DNA of 64,000 bases from Octopus sinensis (Eukaryota), in the NCBI RefSeq assembly GCF_006345805.1, contig NC_043020.1:10416001-10480000 (forward strand). The letters run 5' to 3'. Position 1 is the first letter of the stretch. Each line of letters opens with the position of its first letter. Shown here piece after piece: positions 38,413 through 51,472 of the stretch. The notes beneath the pieces were generated by a model. It saw only the letters and a program-made list of their open reading frames with translations. It was not told where the DNA came from and did not search any database. Position numbers and translations under genes: made by a program.

Positions 38413-39097
38413 CTGAAAGGTAAGAGAGAAAGCAGATGGTGAGAAGGTTATATTTGAATACTGATTCAGTGTCTGGCAAAAGACTAAGACAGAAGATAGG
38501 ACACTTCCTGATGTATTTCATTTATTGAATACTTCAGATTATCATCTAATAAATAACTATACAACATATTAACTATCATGCAATAATTATTATCATAATG
38601 AAAATTTTCTACATGGAGGACAATTATTCACTATTAATGAAAACAGCCAAGACTAAACATTTATATATTTATTTCTTTATTGCCCGCAGGGAGCTTAACA
38701 TAGAGGGGGCAAACAAGGGCAAACAAAGGGTTTCAGTCGATTACATCGACCCCAGTGCTTAACTGACACTTATTTAATCGACCCCGAAAGGATGAAAGGC
38801 AAAGTCAACCTCAGCAGAGTTTGAACTCAGAACATAACGGCAGACGAAATACCTATTTCTTTACTACTCACAAGGGGCTAAACACAGAGAAGACAAAAAA
38901 GGACAGACAAAGGGATTAAGTCGATTATATCGACCCCAGTGCTTAACTGGCACTTATTTGATCGACCCCGAAAGGATGAAAGGCAAAGTCAACCTCGGCG
39001 GAGTTTGAACTCAGAACGTAACGGCAGACGAAATACCATTAAGCATTTTGCCCAGCGTGCTAATGATTCTGCCAGCTCGTCGCCCTCTAAACATCTA

Positions 39098-39271
39098 TAT
39101 ATCACACCCATCACATTGTAGTTTCATGAGCTTTAACATGGTCAGTTCTACAGCAGCTATGCCTTGTTGGGACTGATAGGACAATTCTAGCAAACATGTA
39201 CAGGAGGCTTCATCCTATCAAAGTGTCATCTAAAGCCATGGCCCAGTTAATCCTTGTAGACATTTCATTCA
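39098..39271 (-). other. Highly conserved intron-2 element, copy in gene B
   Basis: 165/174 identical to the gene A copy; same position between exons 2 and 3. Confidence 0.85.
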
Positions 39272-39699
39272 TATAATTTATGTTGTCTGTAATGTATTGA
39301 GGACATGTTACAGTGTCAGGTGATATTACAGACATATGAAAGGAGAAGTGATGACAATATATCAGGGGTCACCAAAAGGGTTCCGATGGGACCCCTAGGG
39401 ATCGGTGAGGAATTACATGGGATCGATGATAGCCAAGGGGTGGAATAGGGGTCAGCATGTGAAAGACCAGCTCACCCAGATGAACTGTTTGAAATACCTA
39501 GTGCCATGTTCTTCCCTCACATTGATGTTGTCAATTTCAGTAAAATATTCCAGACATATTTTCACATTTTCTAACCGTGAAAACTATTTCATAAAAATTG
39601 AATGTTTTGATACTGTATGTAGTTTATATGTAAAATATGTGTCATCTTCAATAGAATTTCTTAATTTGTTCTACATGTATATCTTTATATATAAAAGTC

Positions 39700-40080
39700 A
39701 AGTTGTGTGTCTGTCTCCTACGATTTAGATTCCTAACTACTCCCACATTTTGTGGTGCAGTTTAACCAAAACCGGGTATCTTATAGTCGTGATTCATGTC
39801 GAGCCCTTCTGGGTATTAGCGCGCGTCTACGATGAGTCTACGATTTAAAAAAAAATTTACCATCATTTTTTTCCATTTTAATGCATTTTTCGCTATTATA
39901 TAAGGGAAGTAACTCTCTAAAAATGTCTACGATGAGTCAACGATTTAAAAAAAAATTTACCATAATTTTATTTCCATTTTTAATGCATTTTTTTGCTATT
40001 TTTTGGCTATAACTCTCTAAAAATGCTTATATAGTTATTTCCCTTACAAACCCGAGCAACGCCGGGCGATACTGCTAGTT
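39700..40080 (-). mobile_element. Same HINE-like family as 26346-26845
   Basis: Reverse-complement match, including the actagcagtatcgcccggcgttgctcggg terminus. Confidence 0.5.
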
Positions 40081-40254
40081 TTAAATAACATTTTAATTAC
40101 CAGCATCTGTATTCAGTATGCATTTAAGATATGGTATGATAGGGTAGAATATTAAGATATTTTAAATGAGGAGGGTGGTCAATGTGCAAGAAGTGGCTAA
40201 ACGGGGTCGATGATCAAAAAAGTTTGGCGACCCCTGATATTTATACTTACTTAC

Positions 40255-40297
40255 ATTGCAGAGGAGATGGCTTGACAGGTGGTGGGTTATCCTGCAC
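40255..40297 (-). CDS. TNF-like gene B, coding exon 2 (43 nt, VQDNPPPVKPSPLQ)
   Basis: Acceptor ttatctttctactttag| and donor caat|gtaagt; phase 0 to 1. Confidence 0.8.
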
Positions 40298-40466
40298 CTA
40301 AAGTAGAAAGATAAGGAAATGAGGAAAGGAAGATTAAGATAAGAGGGTAACTAGTATTGCTTGTATTATTTCATCATTTTACTTTCTCCTTCGAAGTTTA
40401 TAACAGTTTTGTTTCCATTTTTGTATAGACTTGATACACTAGTCACTCTGTTGTATCGGTTTTGTT

Positions 40467-40530
<64 letters not shown>

Positions 40531-40749
40531 GGACCGTTAGCTCCTACAACGCATTTTTTTTCTCTCCTTGTTTCTTTTTTGTGTATCTTTCTGTCGAAGA
40601 GCGTAGGCTCGAAACGTAAAAGACTTGTTTTATTTCTATTCCTAAGCGCCATACTAATACAATTGTTTGTTTGTACTCCAGCTGCCGTCGTCTTTTGTTT
40701 ATTTTCGTAAACCTGCCTTCGTCTTTTGTTTATTTTCGTAAACCTTCCC

Positions 40750-40782
<33 letters not shown>

Positions 40783-41249
40783 GAGGAGTGTTGAAAAGTT
40801 CCTGGCTTGAAGGGTATTGCAAAAAGGTAGATCCGTTACCTTTACAGAGGAGGTAGGACAACTGTTTTGGAGAATGAGTGATCAATATATAATAAGTAAA
40901 AAAAACTACGTACGTTTCATGGCTACAATTAAATTCGAATTACAATTAAGTTTAAATTCAATTGAAATAAATTCGATTTAAAATTATAGTCAATAGTCTG
41001 AAAAGGTGGCAAGACGCAACGAAAATTTTAGGAAAATAAAAAGACGAAATAAGTGGAAATTTTACCGGTGAGTGTGTTAAATATAAAGGTACTAAAAGAG
41101 AATGACTCTCCCCAGACACAACAGAATATGCTTCAACACACGAACTCATATAAAGAATCTTGCAAACCAAATCCCAAAACGAAATTATATGTATATATAT
41201 ATATTCGATTAGAGGTTGTGTTAACCTCATCATTAACTTCCTAATCTCC

Positions 41250-41290
<41 letters not shown>

Positions 41291-41299
41291 CTGTGCTGC

Positions 41300-41350
<51 letters not shown>

Positions 41351-41461
41351 ATGTATATATATATATATGAAGGTAGATGTCAAGTTCTGTAGGCATGCTT
41401 ACAATTTAACTGGTAGATGGAGAAAAACGAAATGAAAATAAGATTAGGTTAATTTAATTAC

Positions 41462-41935
41462 CTTAATTAAAATAAGAACAATTACCAGAATAATATGAGT
41501 GACTAATATTGCCGTAAGAACACTCAAGATCATATACTTTTGCCATTTAGACCATGGTGTTGGTGGATGTACCTTTTTTGGGCGGCCGTTTATAAAGGGA
41601 ATTGTTACATCTGCAGTTTCAGAGCTGCTTTCACTATTTGCTTGAGAACTCTGTGGTGCCTTCCTTTCATTGGGTACAGGAGGGTTAGCAGATATCATTC
41701 CATTAACAGTTGCTTGAGGACTTTCAGGTTCACCCGTTTCATTGGTTGGTTGAGTTCCAGCTGGCGGGCTACGCTTTTCAGTTTCTTGAGTATCTTCAGA
41801 TGTCTCTTTCAAATCAGTGTGTATAGCAACGACATCGTTCCCCTGTGGCTGGCCTTCCAAAGATGAAATGTTGTGTTCAGTCAGTTCTAAGCCATCTTTC
41901 AGTTTGTTACTATCTCCTGCTGCTTGTGTGGACAT
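41462..41935 (-). CDS. TNF-like gene B, coding exon 1 (long S/T/P/E-rich cytoplasmic tail + TM helix), 158 codons
   Basis: gtgaaaATG at 41935 (the ORF track starts two codons earlier at GTG); MSTQAAG...KWQKY-MILSVLTAILVTHIILVIVLILI-K; ends aag|gtaatt, phase 0. Confidence 0.85.
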
Positions 41936-42230
41936 TTTCACAGTTTCTCAACCTATAACCATAATACAGTACTTCCTCATTAATTACAACCACTTTCAAT
42001 GATTAAAATGATCACAGTCACTTTTAATCTCTTTATCTCTACCTTCTCCTCTCTTACATCCTGATCACCCACACTATCTCTCATTGTTGCAACCAAGCAC
42101 AACAAACCCATACCCCGTTTTTATCTCTCTCTCTCTCTCTCTATCCCTCTGATTTCGTATCAGATAAATGTTTGCAATGGTTGTTTGAAATCAAATGTTA
42201 AACCTGTAACATGTTTAAATAATATTTCTA

Positions 42231-42330
42231 CCATGGCCATCCCCTCAGATGATTGTCTCGCTCTGATTTGGATTTATATACCGACTTATCCAAACTCATA
42301 AGCTTATTTCTTTCATTCTAAAACAGTGAT
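42231..42330 (-). promoter_or_regulatory. Putative core promoter of gene B: TATATAAA (42280-42273) and TCA initiator (A at 42250)
   Basis: Paralogous to 19927-20030; lies ~315 nt upstream of the gene B ATG. Confidence 0.62.
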
Positions 42331-42911
42331 GGTAAAGGAGCCAAGGTGGACAACTACTTTCAGCTTAGATGGACGCAGTTAGTAAATATGAAAGGCTATA
42401 TTTTTCTCCATTCCCCTGCTATTTTAATATTCTTCAGGTGCAACATATGATTTACTTAACCCTTTAGTGTTTATACCGGTCATATCTGGTCCAGATATTC
42501 TACATGTTTTATATTCAAACTGGCAATATCTGGCCTCTCACACCTACCCGACAATGTCATTCTAAATATAAACAATCACATCATTGAAACCTCAAAGATA
42601 TAAGATAATGCATGATTAATTCAAAACATTTGAGTGGAAAAGTATTACATTTAACAGAGTAATCTGAACACTAAAGGGTTAAAACTGAAAACTTTTTTTG
42701 ATTTATTTTTGTACTTTTTTAATAATTTCTTTAGATACGGTTGTTGTTTTCCTGGTTTTTCTGTTTATCACAGTGTCATCTTAACCTTTTTGGCCCACGC
42801 TCGGTTTGGATTCTCCAAATAAATAAATAAAATTTGCATTTCACCGTGAAAGGACTAAGTTCAGAACACACACACACACAAACACATACACACATATTTA
42901 AAATATATATA

Positions 42912-43170
42912 TGCAATACATAGACACACAGGAGACGCATGACTTAGTGGTTAGGGTGTTAGCATCATGATCGCAAGATTGTGGTTTTGATTCTTGGACC
43001 GGGTGACGTATTGTGTTGTTGAGCAAAACACTTCATTTCACGTTGCTCCAGTCCACTCAGCTGGCAAAAATGAGTAACGCTGTGGTAGACTGGCGTCCCG
43101 TCCAGCTGGGGAACACATACGCCACTGAAACCGGGAAACTGGGCCCATGATCCTGGCTAGGCTTTAAAAG
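42912..43170 (+). mobile_element. tRNA-derived SINE family 4
   Basis: Head ggagacgcatgacttagtggttagggtg; central ttcacgttgctccagtccactcagctgg; head fragments at 6085-6150 and 45430-45510. Confidence 0.65.
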
Positions 43171-45075
43171 GGCACATTTATTTTTACATAGACATACATA
43201 CACCCACCTAAACATATATATACATTATGTGTACATATACATATACATGTGTGTGTGACCCCATCCTTGCGTGTGTGTATGTCTATATGTGTGCATGTGT
43301 TTAGTGTATATATATTTCCATACTTCTTTCTACTTTTGGATAGACTTTCCCATCGTCGCATAGACTTTCTCACTAGTAACGCCTTTGTGCTCCGGAAACT
43401 TGATTTTCTGAAATAAAGAGCACTTCATATTCAAGGCTCCTAAGAAGCTAAAGATGTTATCCGGCTGCTCAACTACGAGAAGGGGAACGAAAGAACGAAG
43501 AGTGGAATGAAGTAAGTGTGAAGGGGCTGATAGAAAGAAGAAAAGAATGAAAGAATAGAAAGAATAATAGAATCACACAAAATTTATATATATACTTACA
43601 TATAAGAGACCAAAGTGTACGTACGCCGCTATATTTTTATATATAGAAATATACAAAAATGAGACAAGAACGCGAAGCATCCAGACAGACGATACAAAGA
43701 AAACAAGGATGGGTCACACAGAGTTTTCTTTCCTCGGTCGAGTTCCAGATTATCTTTGCCGCTCTACTGGATTCCAGATCTGAAATTTTCAGTGACTGTA
43801 AACATATGGATAATTTCCTGTTGGCGAACTGGAAAATACCAACCTCACCGAAATGAGTAACTGTACCATTTAGCCTTATTATGGTATTACAGTCAAAGGG
43901 GAAACAACTCTAATCCCCACTTTTTCTTTTTCACTTAACTTTTATTTTCCGGTGTTTTCAGCCTTCCACCTTTTACATCTACTTTCTTCACCCCTTTTTT
44001 TCATATTTTCTCCTATTCAATCTATCTGTTTTAGCTTATATACGCCATATAGGCCAAACAAGAAGATTGCATGATGTCAGCAGACATGTTATAAAATACT
44101 GAGTCGTTTTCATCACGTAAAACTATTAGTAGCTCATAAAAACATATTACTGTATGAGGATGATGAAAATTGTGTTTTGTTCGTTATAGGTAAGTTTTAA
44201 TATACACAGTTTTAGCGTTTGGTTTTGTGAGATACGGGTAGACAGCTATTTTAAATTGTGACCTGAATTAGGATTAATCTGTTGCCGTAAAAATTAAGAT
44301 TTATAAATGCTGGATGAAGTGTGAGAGGAGATAAAACATTTTTCTTTCCTCAGTGACCATTACACAACTTCCACAGTTCGCCAACAGGAAATTATCCGTA
44401 TATTTACAGTCGCTGAAAATTTCAGCTCTGGAATCCAGTAGAGCGGCAAAGATAGTCTGGAACTCGACTGAGGAAAGAAAACTCCGAATGACCCATCCCT
44501 GTTTTCTTTGTATCGTCTGTCTGGATGCTATACGTTCTTGTCTCATTTTTGCATATTTTTATATACAAATATATAGAGTACTTTTTTTTCAAAATTGTTT
44601 TTTTTTTCAGAATCATAATCTCCATATTTTTCTACGTTTCGCCCCCTCACCCACAATTTTTTTTAAAGTGAAAATTTAAGAAATTTAGGAGGTGGGTGTG
44701 AAGGAGGGATTTTTTTGAAGATTCGGAATCTCCACCCTCAATATAGTGTGTTCGTGAAAAAATACCCCCCCCCAAAAAAAAATCCCAAAGGGGGTGCAGT
44801 CCATTGTTTACATTGACATTGATTACATCCAGTATTCAACAGGTACTTATTTCATGGACCCCGAAAGGATGAAAGGCAAAGTTGACCTTGGCGGAATTTG
44901 AACTCAGAATGTGAAGACGGGCGAAATGCTGCTAAGCATTTTGTCCGGTGTGCTAACGATTCTGCCAGAACGCTGCCTTAATAATAATAATAATAATAAT
45001 AATATAATAATAATAATAAATAATAATAATAATAATAATAATAAGAAGAAGAATATTGGTTTCAAATTTTACCAC

Positions 45076-45106
<31 letters not shown>

Positions 45107-45137
45107 TAATAATAACAATAATAACAATAATAATAAC

Positions 45138-45201
<64 letters not shown>

Positions 45202-46624
45202 CAATAACAATAATAATAATAATAATATCAATTGTTTCTTTATTAGCCACTATGGGTTTACAAAGTAGTCATAAAATGATAAGGATAAGAAAGAAAATAA
45301 ATTTCATCAACCATGTGGTTGTTACTGACTATATTTATTCATTTGTGGATATAAAATTTATATTGTACACTCTATAAACATTGAAAAATTATACACCATT
45401 GTTGTCTAACTCTAAAATGGGAGGTGGGTGATAAGTGGTTAGTGTGTTGCACTCATGATCACAAGATCATAGTTTCAATTCTTGAACCAGGCAGAGAATT
45501 GTGTTCTTGAACTAAACACTTCCAGATCTGAAATTTTCAGTGAATGTAAACATATGGATAATTTCCTGTTGGCGAACTGGAAAATACCAACCTCTCCGAA
45601 TTGAGTAGCTGTACCATTTAGCCTTATTATGTTGTTACAGTCAAAGGGGACACAACTCTAATCCTCACTTTTTCTTTTTCCCTTTCCTTTTCACTTTCAT
45701 GTTGCTCCAGTCCACTCAGTCGTAAAAGACTGGTGTCCTGTTCAGGAGATATATTGTGATGTCAGTCATTTATATACCACTAACTGAATTGCAGCCCTCT
45801 GGGCGGTCGATTCAGCTAGTATATATCTCAACTCTTGTTCATAATTTGAAAGAAAAATGTGAATTTCCTTATAAACAACATTGTCAGTGTAGATTCCTTT
45901 CATATCCTTATATCCTGAGTCCGAAGATAATAAATGCACATTGTTCCCAGAACCAAAGCTAATACATGCTCATTGTTCCTAGAACCAAACACGGCTTCTG
46001 TTAACTCAGTCCACAACAAAGTAACACTGAAGGAGACATGGAAAAAAGCACAGCTGGTTAAGAGAGAGTGAGCTAAGGGAAGAAGTAAATATGTAGGATG
46101 GAGAGGGAGAGTTATGAGAGGTAACATTGTATGCAATTCTGTCAATTACCACTCCGCACACTACAGCTCTCAATAAGAGAAAGTGGTAGTAAGCATGAGG
46201 AATAGTAGGAAAGTCATTGAATAGAGAGAGAGGAGTAATTCATTTTGCTGGATTTCACACCAGACTGGAACTGGACCGGTTAATTTTCCTGAATCTCATA
46301 GATGTTGACATTTTTCCGGTACCCACAGTTCCTCAGGCCAAGTTTGGTCAAAATCAGTCCGGTGGTTGCAAAAGAGTTTGCTAACGAAATTTTGACAGAG
46401 ACACACACAGACGTAAATAGCGTAATTATAGTATAGAGAAAAATTGGGTAACTGGTCGTATGAGTGATAGGACACAATAGAGTAATACCCATCCAGTGAG
46501 AGATATATATCAATTTAATACACTTACTGAAAGAGCTACTGATAGTGTTATGCTTTTATCATACTTGAACAGGCATATTTATAAAATATATCATGTATTT
46601 TCAAGCAATTTTTCAGGCTCTTTT

Positions 46625-47043
46625 CTCTTTTACTCTTTTACTTGTTTCAGTCATTTGACTTTGGCCATGCTGGAACACCGCCTTTAGTCGAGCAAATCAA
46701 CACCAGGACTTATTTTTTGTAAGCCGAGTTCTTATTCTATCAGTCTGTCTTGCCTGCCTATGTTCTGGTGTTCGCTGAATTTTCTCTGGAGAACATTCTT
46801 TCTTTGTAGTTAGATCGTATGTGATGTTCTAACGTATGGTTATCCATCTAGTTAGCCCTAAATATACATATATGTACACACATATATACGACGGGCGTCT
46901 TTCAGTTTCCGTCTACCAAACCCACCAAGCCTTTGGTCGGCCCGAGGCTATAGTAGAAGACACTTGCCCAAGGTGCCACGCAGTGGGACCGAACCCGGAA
47001 CCATATGGTTGGTAAGCAAGCTACTTACCACACAGCCACTCCT
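46625..47043 (-). mobile_element. SINE family 1
   Basis: Sequence match with an internal insertion. Confidence 0.8.
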
Positions 47044-47706
47044 ATGCTTATGTTTATGCATTAGATATATTTTTAAAACTTGGATACTAAACAGTGAAAA
47101 AATAAGAAAAATTGAGAAGAAAAACATGAAGAAGGTTGATGCAAAAAATGGAAAGAGAAGTAAAAAAACAAAAGCATCAAAAGCAAGATCCCTGTCATCT
47201 CTGACTGCAGAAAACACAATTAATGCATCTGTTGTAGGACAAAATAACAGAAAATATGACAATGTATGTGAGACAATTACTCAATCTAGAGTAGGTGGTG
47301 TCTCCAGTTTTACAAAAGAAACCTGTCCATGTAATTGCACAGTGAGCAGAATATAGTCTGGGAACCTAGAACACTGTAGGTCTCCACTGACACAAGCTTG
47401 GCTATAAATCTGTCAGAGAGCAGCTGATGCTTTGACATTTTGCTCTTCTCTGCCTAATGAGCAGCTAGGCCTGGGCTAGCAGTTGAGCACACTAGGTTGC
47501 TGCTGGAGAAGGTGACCAATCAAAGAACAAAGAGGTTGATATAATGAAATGAAACTCTCCAAAGAAGCACCTCATCAAAACCACAGGCCGATGATTAAAA
47601 TTGATAAAAATAAAATTCACATAAAATATGTTTTATGGTGAAAGAGAAACCTCTAGGGAAACTACCTTAATTTTCCTTTTCTTGTCTCCTTTTCTTTCCA
47701 GTTTAG

Positions 47707-47749
47707 GAGAACAGCCAGCAAAAATCTGTGACACCAGCTCCTCCGCAAT
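47707..47749 (+). CDS. TNF-like paralog C, exon 2 homolog (43 nt, ENSQQKSVTPAPPQ); gene partial, possibly a pseudogene
   Basis: Same length and phases as gene B exon 2; ends ctccgcaat|gtaagt. The upstream cttaattttc...ccttttctttc tract is homologous to A and B. Confidence 0.65.
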
Positions 47750-48289
47750 GTAAGTACATATACTTATTTCTTTATTACCCACAAGGGGCTAAACATAGAG
47801 GGGACAAACAAGGACAGACATAGGTATTAAGTCGATTTCATCGACCCCAGTGCGCAACTGGTGCTTAATTTTTAGACCCTGAAAGTATGAAAGGCAAAGT
47901 CGCCCTCGGCGGAATTTGAACTGAGAACGTAGCGACAGACAAAATACCCATTTCTTTATTACCCACAAGGGGCTAAACATAGAGGGGACAAACAAGGACA
48001 GACATAGGTATTAAGTCGATTACATCGACCCCAGTGCGTAACTGGTACTTAATTTATCGACCCTGAAAGGATGAAAGGCAAAGTCGCCCTCGGCGGAATT
48101 TGAACTCAGAACGTAACGGCAGACGAAATACCGCTCGGCATTTCGCCCGATGTGCTAACGATTCTGCCAGCTCGCCGCCTTATACTGTCACCATTTCACT
48201 ATCCATGCGTCCACAGAAAATCTGATACTGTAACATATAACATTAAAGAAATCAATAAACATGTCCTCAGTAAAATACAGCAGAGATTC

Positions 48290-48506
48290 TTACTCTCTTT
48301 TACTTGTTTCAGTCGTTTGACTGCGGCCATGCTGGAGCACCGCCTTTAGTCGAGCAAATCGACCCCGGGACTTATTCTTTGTAAGCCCAGTACTTATTCT
48401 ATCGGTTCTCTTTTGCCGAACCGCTAAGTAACGGGGACGTAAACACACCAGCATCTGTTGTCAAGCAATGCTAGGCAGACAAACACAGACACACAAACAC
48501 ATACAC

Positions 48507-48539
<33 letters not shown>

Positions 48540-48700
48540 CACATACATACATACGACAGGCTTCTTTCAGTTTCCGTCTACCAAATCCACTCACAAGGCA
48601 TTGGTCGGCCCGGGGCTATGACAGAAGACACTTGCCCAAGATGCTACGCAGTGGGACTGAACCAGGAACCATGTGGTTGGTTAGCAAGCTACTTACCACA
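48290..48700 (-). mobile_element. SINE family 1 in intron 2 of paralog C
   Basis: Sequence match. Confidence 0.85.
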
Positions 48701-48940
48701 CAACCATTTTTATTTTTTGTGTAGTGATCTCCATCCCACCTGCTGTCACCTTAAGTGGCAAATGAGGTATCATGACTAAATTAACTTAACATGGATGATC
48801 GATTATAGATTTCACTCTATAAATGGATTGTATAACCTTTTAACAGTGGAATGATAAAAACGTTAGTAAAAACAAAAGTTGTAAATTTACTTTATAGTAA
48901 CAGACATACTAAAGAAATAAATGGCAAAAATACCCACATA

Positions 48941-49335
48941 GGTGCAGGAGTGGCTGTGTGGTAAGTAGCTTGCTTACCAACCACATAGTTCAGGGTTCAG
49001 TCCCACTGCGTGGCACCTTAGGCAAGTGTCTTCTACTATAGCCTCGGGCCGACCAATGACTTGTGAATGGATTTGGTAGACGGAAACTGAAAGAAGCCTG
49101 TCATATATATGTGTGTTTGTATATATATATATATATATAAATGTATATGTGTGTGTGTGTGCTTGTCCTTCAACATCGCTTGACAACCGATGCTGGTGTA
49201 TTTACGTCCCTGTAACTTAGCGGTTCAGCAAAAGAGACTGATAGAATAAGTACTAGGCTTACAAAGAATAAGTCCTGGGGTTGATTTGCTCGACTAAAAG
49301 GCGGTGCTCCAGCATGGCTGCAGTCAAATAACTGA
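48941..49335 (+). mobile_element. SINE family 1 inserted just upstream of the conserved element in paralog C
   Basis: Splits aaatacccacat|...|aatgaaatgtctac, which are ~12 nt apart in gene A. Confidence 0.85.
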
Positions 49336-49342
49336 AATATAC

Positions 49343-49515
49343 AAATGAAATGTCTACAATAATTAACTGTACCATGGCTTTAGATGACACTTTGATAGGA
49401 TGAAGCCTCCTGTACATGTTTGCTAGAATTGTACTATCAGTCTGAGCAAGGCATCGCAGCTGTACAACTGACCGCATTAAAGCTCATGAAACTACAATGT
49501 GATGGGTGTAATATA
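49343..49515 (+). other. Highly conserved intron-2 element, copy in paralog C
   Basis: Inverted copy; a 61-nt core is identical in all three paralogs. Confidence 0.85.
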
Positions 49516-49772
49516 AGGATGCTTATATAGTCTTAGCTCTCTTTCATAAATGGTTAATAATTGTTCTAGATCATTTTCCTAATAATAATAATAATGATGA
49601 TTGTGAAATGGTTAATATATTTTACAGTTATTTATTAGATGATAATCTGAAATATTAAATATATGATATACACCAGGAGGTACTCTTTTCTTTGAATAGT
49701 CTTCTGTTGATATTGAACCTATATTAAAATATATCCTTCTCACTGTCTGCTTTCTCTCTTCTTATCTTTCAG

Positions 49773-49820
49773 TTCACCATTCCTTCTTTGACTTGATAAC
49801 AGAGAGTTACAAAGATTTGG
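49773..49820 (+). CDS. TNF-like paralog C, exon 3 homolog (48 nt, (F)HHSFFDLITESYKDL)
   Basis: Acceptor ctctcttcttatctttcag| and donor g|gtgagt; 48 nt, phase 1 to 1. Flanking intron sequence aligns with A and B. Confidence 0.7.
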
Positions 49821-50379
49821 GTGAGTTAATTTATACAGATTTATTGCACACTTTTTCTCATAATTTGAATTATCCCTTTAAATAACTACTATTAAAAATT
49901 TAAGCTAATTCTTACTATTATGATATTAAGTAAAGCTAGTAGTACCCATGGTAATACCGCAGTGAATATGAAATTTTTTTAGATGGTTGGAACTTTATAT
50001 AGAGCCATAAAAATTAATTTTTTCATTTGAAATTGTATATTTTGCAATATTTTCATTTAAAAGAAGAAAACCTTTCAATTCTAGATATTTGAAGGAGTAT
50101 GACTTTTCTATTCTCATAGTAATTCAGTTATAAATATAAGTGTTTCACAATCATTACAGATGCAGCCGTATTTGGGGTAAATAAGTATACAGTGTTAATT
50201 ATGAAGAGAGTTTGACTGACAATATCATTAGATAGCTAATGATTGCTAAAGTAATGAAGGGTACAAGTACATTGGGATGCGACAAGATGATAGCGTAAAG
50301 GAAGGAGAAATTAGGGAGAAAATCTCCGGAGTACAAGAGAAGAATTTGGAGGGTGCTTGAACTAAAATTCAGGAGTAGC

Positions 50380-50530
50380 TGTGTGGTAAGTAGCTTGCTA
50401 ACCAACCACATGGTTCTGGTTTCAGTCCCACTGCGTGGCACCTTGGGCAGGTGTCTTCTACTATAGCCTTGGCCCGACCAAAGCCTTGTGAGTGGATTTG
50501 GTAGACGGAAACAGAAAGAAGCCCATAGTA

Positions 50531-50572
<42 letters not shown>

Positions 50573-50775
50573 TGTTTGTGTCTGTGTTTGTCCCCCTAGC
50601 ATTGCTTGACAACCGATGCTGGTGTGTTTATGTCCCCGTTAGTTTGCGGTTCGGCAAAAGTGACCGATAGAATAAGTACGGGGCCTACAAAAGAATAAGT
50701 CCCGAGGTCGAGTTGCTCGATTAAAGGCGGTGCTCCAGCATGGCCGTAGTCAAATGACTGAAATAAGTAAAAGAG
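50380..50775 (+). mobile_element. SINE family 1
   Basis: Sequence match. Confidence 0.85.
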
Positions 50776-50994
50776 TAATAAACAATACAATGGACATTTT
50801 TAAACAAATGGAGTGGGGCTGGTTTACGGACCCCACGAACCCCGCCTCTCACTGACCACGGTTTTGGGGCTTATCTCGCATCCACGAGAGACCTTTTATA
50901 CACGACATTCTCCCATCAAACACATTTTTACTCAGGCACCTCCTCTCCAGCCCACAGTTGTCACAGTCTTATGATATATATATATATATATATA

Positions 50995-51313
50995 GGCGCA
51001 GGAGTGGCTGTGTGGTAAGTAGCTTGCTAACCAACCACATGGTTCCGGGTTCAGTCCCACTGCGTGGCATCTTGGGCAAGTGTCTTCTGCTATAGTCCCG
51101 GGCCGACCAATGCCTTGTGAGTGGATTTGGTAGACGGAAACTGAAAGAAGCCTGTCGTATATGTGTATATATATATATATGTGTGTGTTTGTGTGTCTGT
51201 GTTTGTCCCCCTAGCATTGCTTGACATATATATATATATATATATATAAATTTGGTAGACAGAAACTGAAAGAAGCCGTCGTGTGTGTATATATATATAT
51301 ATAATATACATAC

Positions 51314-51381
<68 letters not shown>

Positions 51382-51470
51382 ATATATATATACACACACA
51401 CACGACGGGCTTCTTTCAGTTTTGTCTACCAAATCCACTCACAAGGCTTTGGTCGGCCCGAGGCTATAGT
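50995..51470. mobile_element. SINE family 1 fragments in head-to-head arrangement
   Basis: Plus copy 50995-51230, then rearranged/inverted fragments to 51470. Confidence 0.75.
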
Positions 51471-51472
51471 AG

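Noticed and set aside
44035-44195. Strong ag|gtaagt donor as exon 1 of paralog C
   Set aside because: No long open frame or TM; HIGQTRRLHD suggests a GIY-YIG remnant.
46948-47356. Hydrophobic minus ORF and Lys-rich plus ORF near paralog C
   Set aside because: They are compositional mirror images of an A-rich tract fused to a SINE; no splice signal or similarity to family exon 1.
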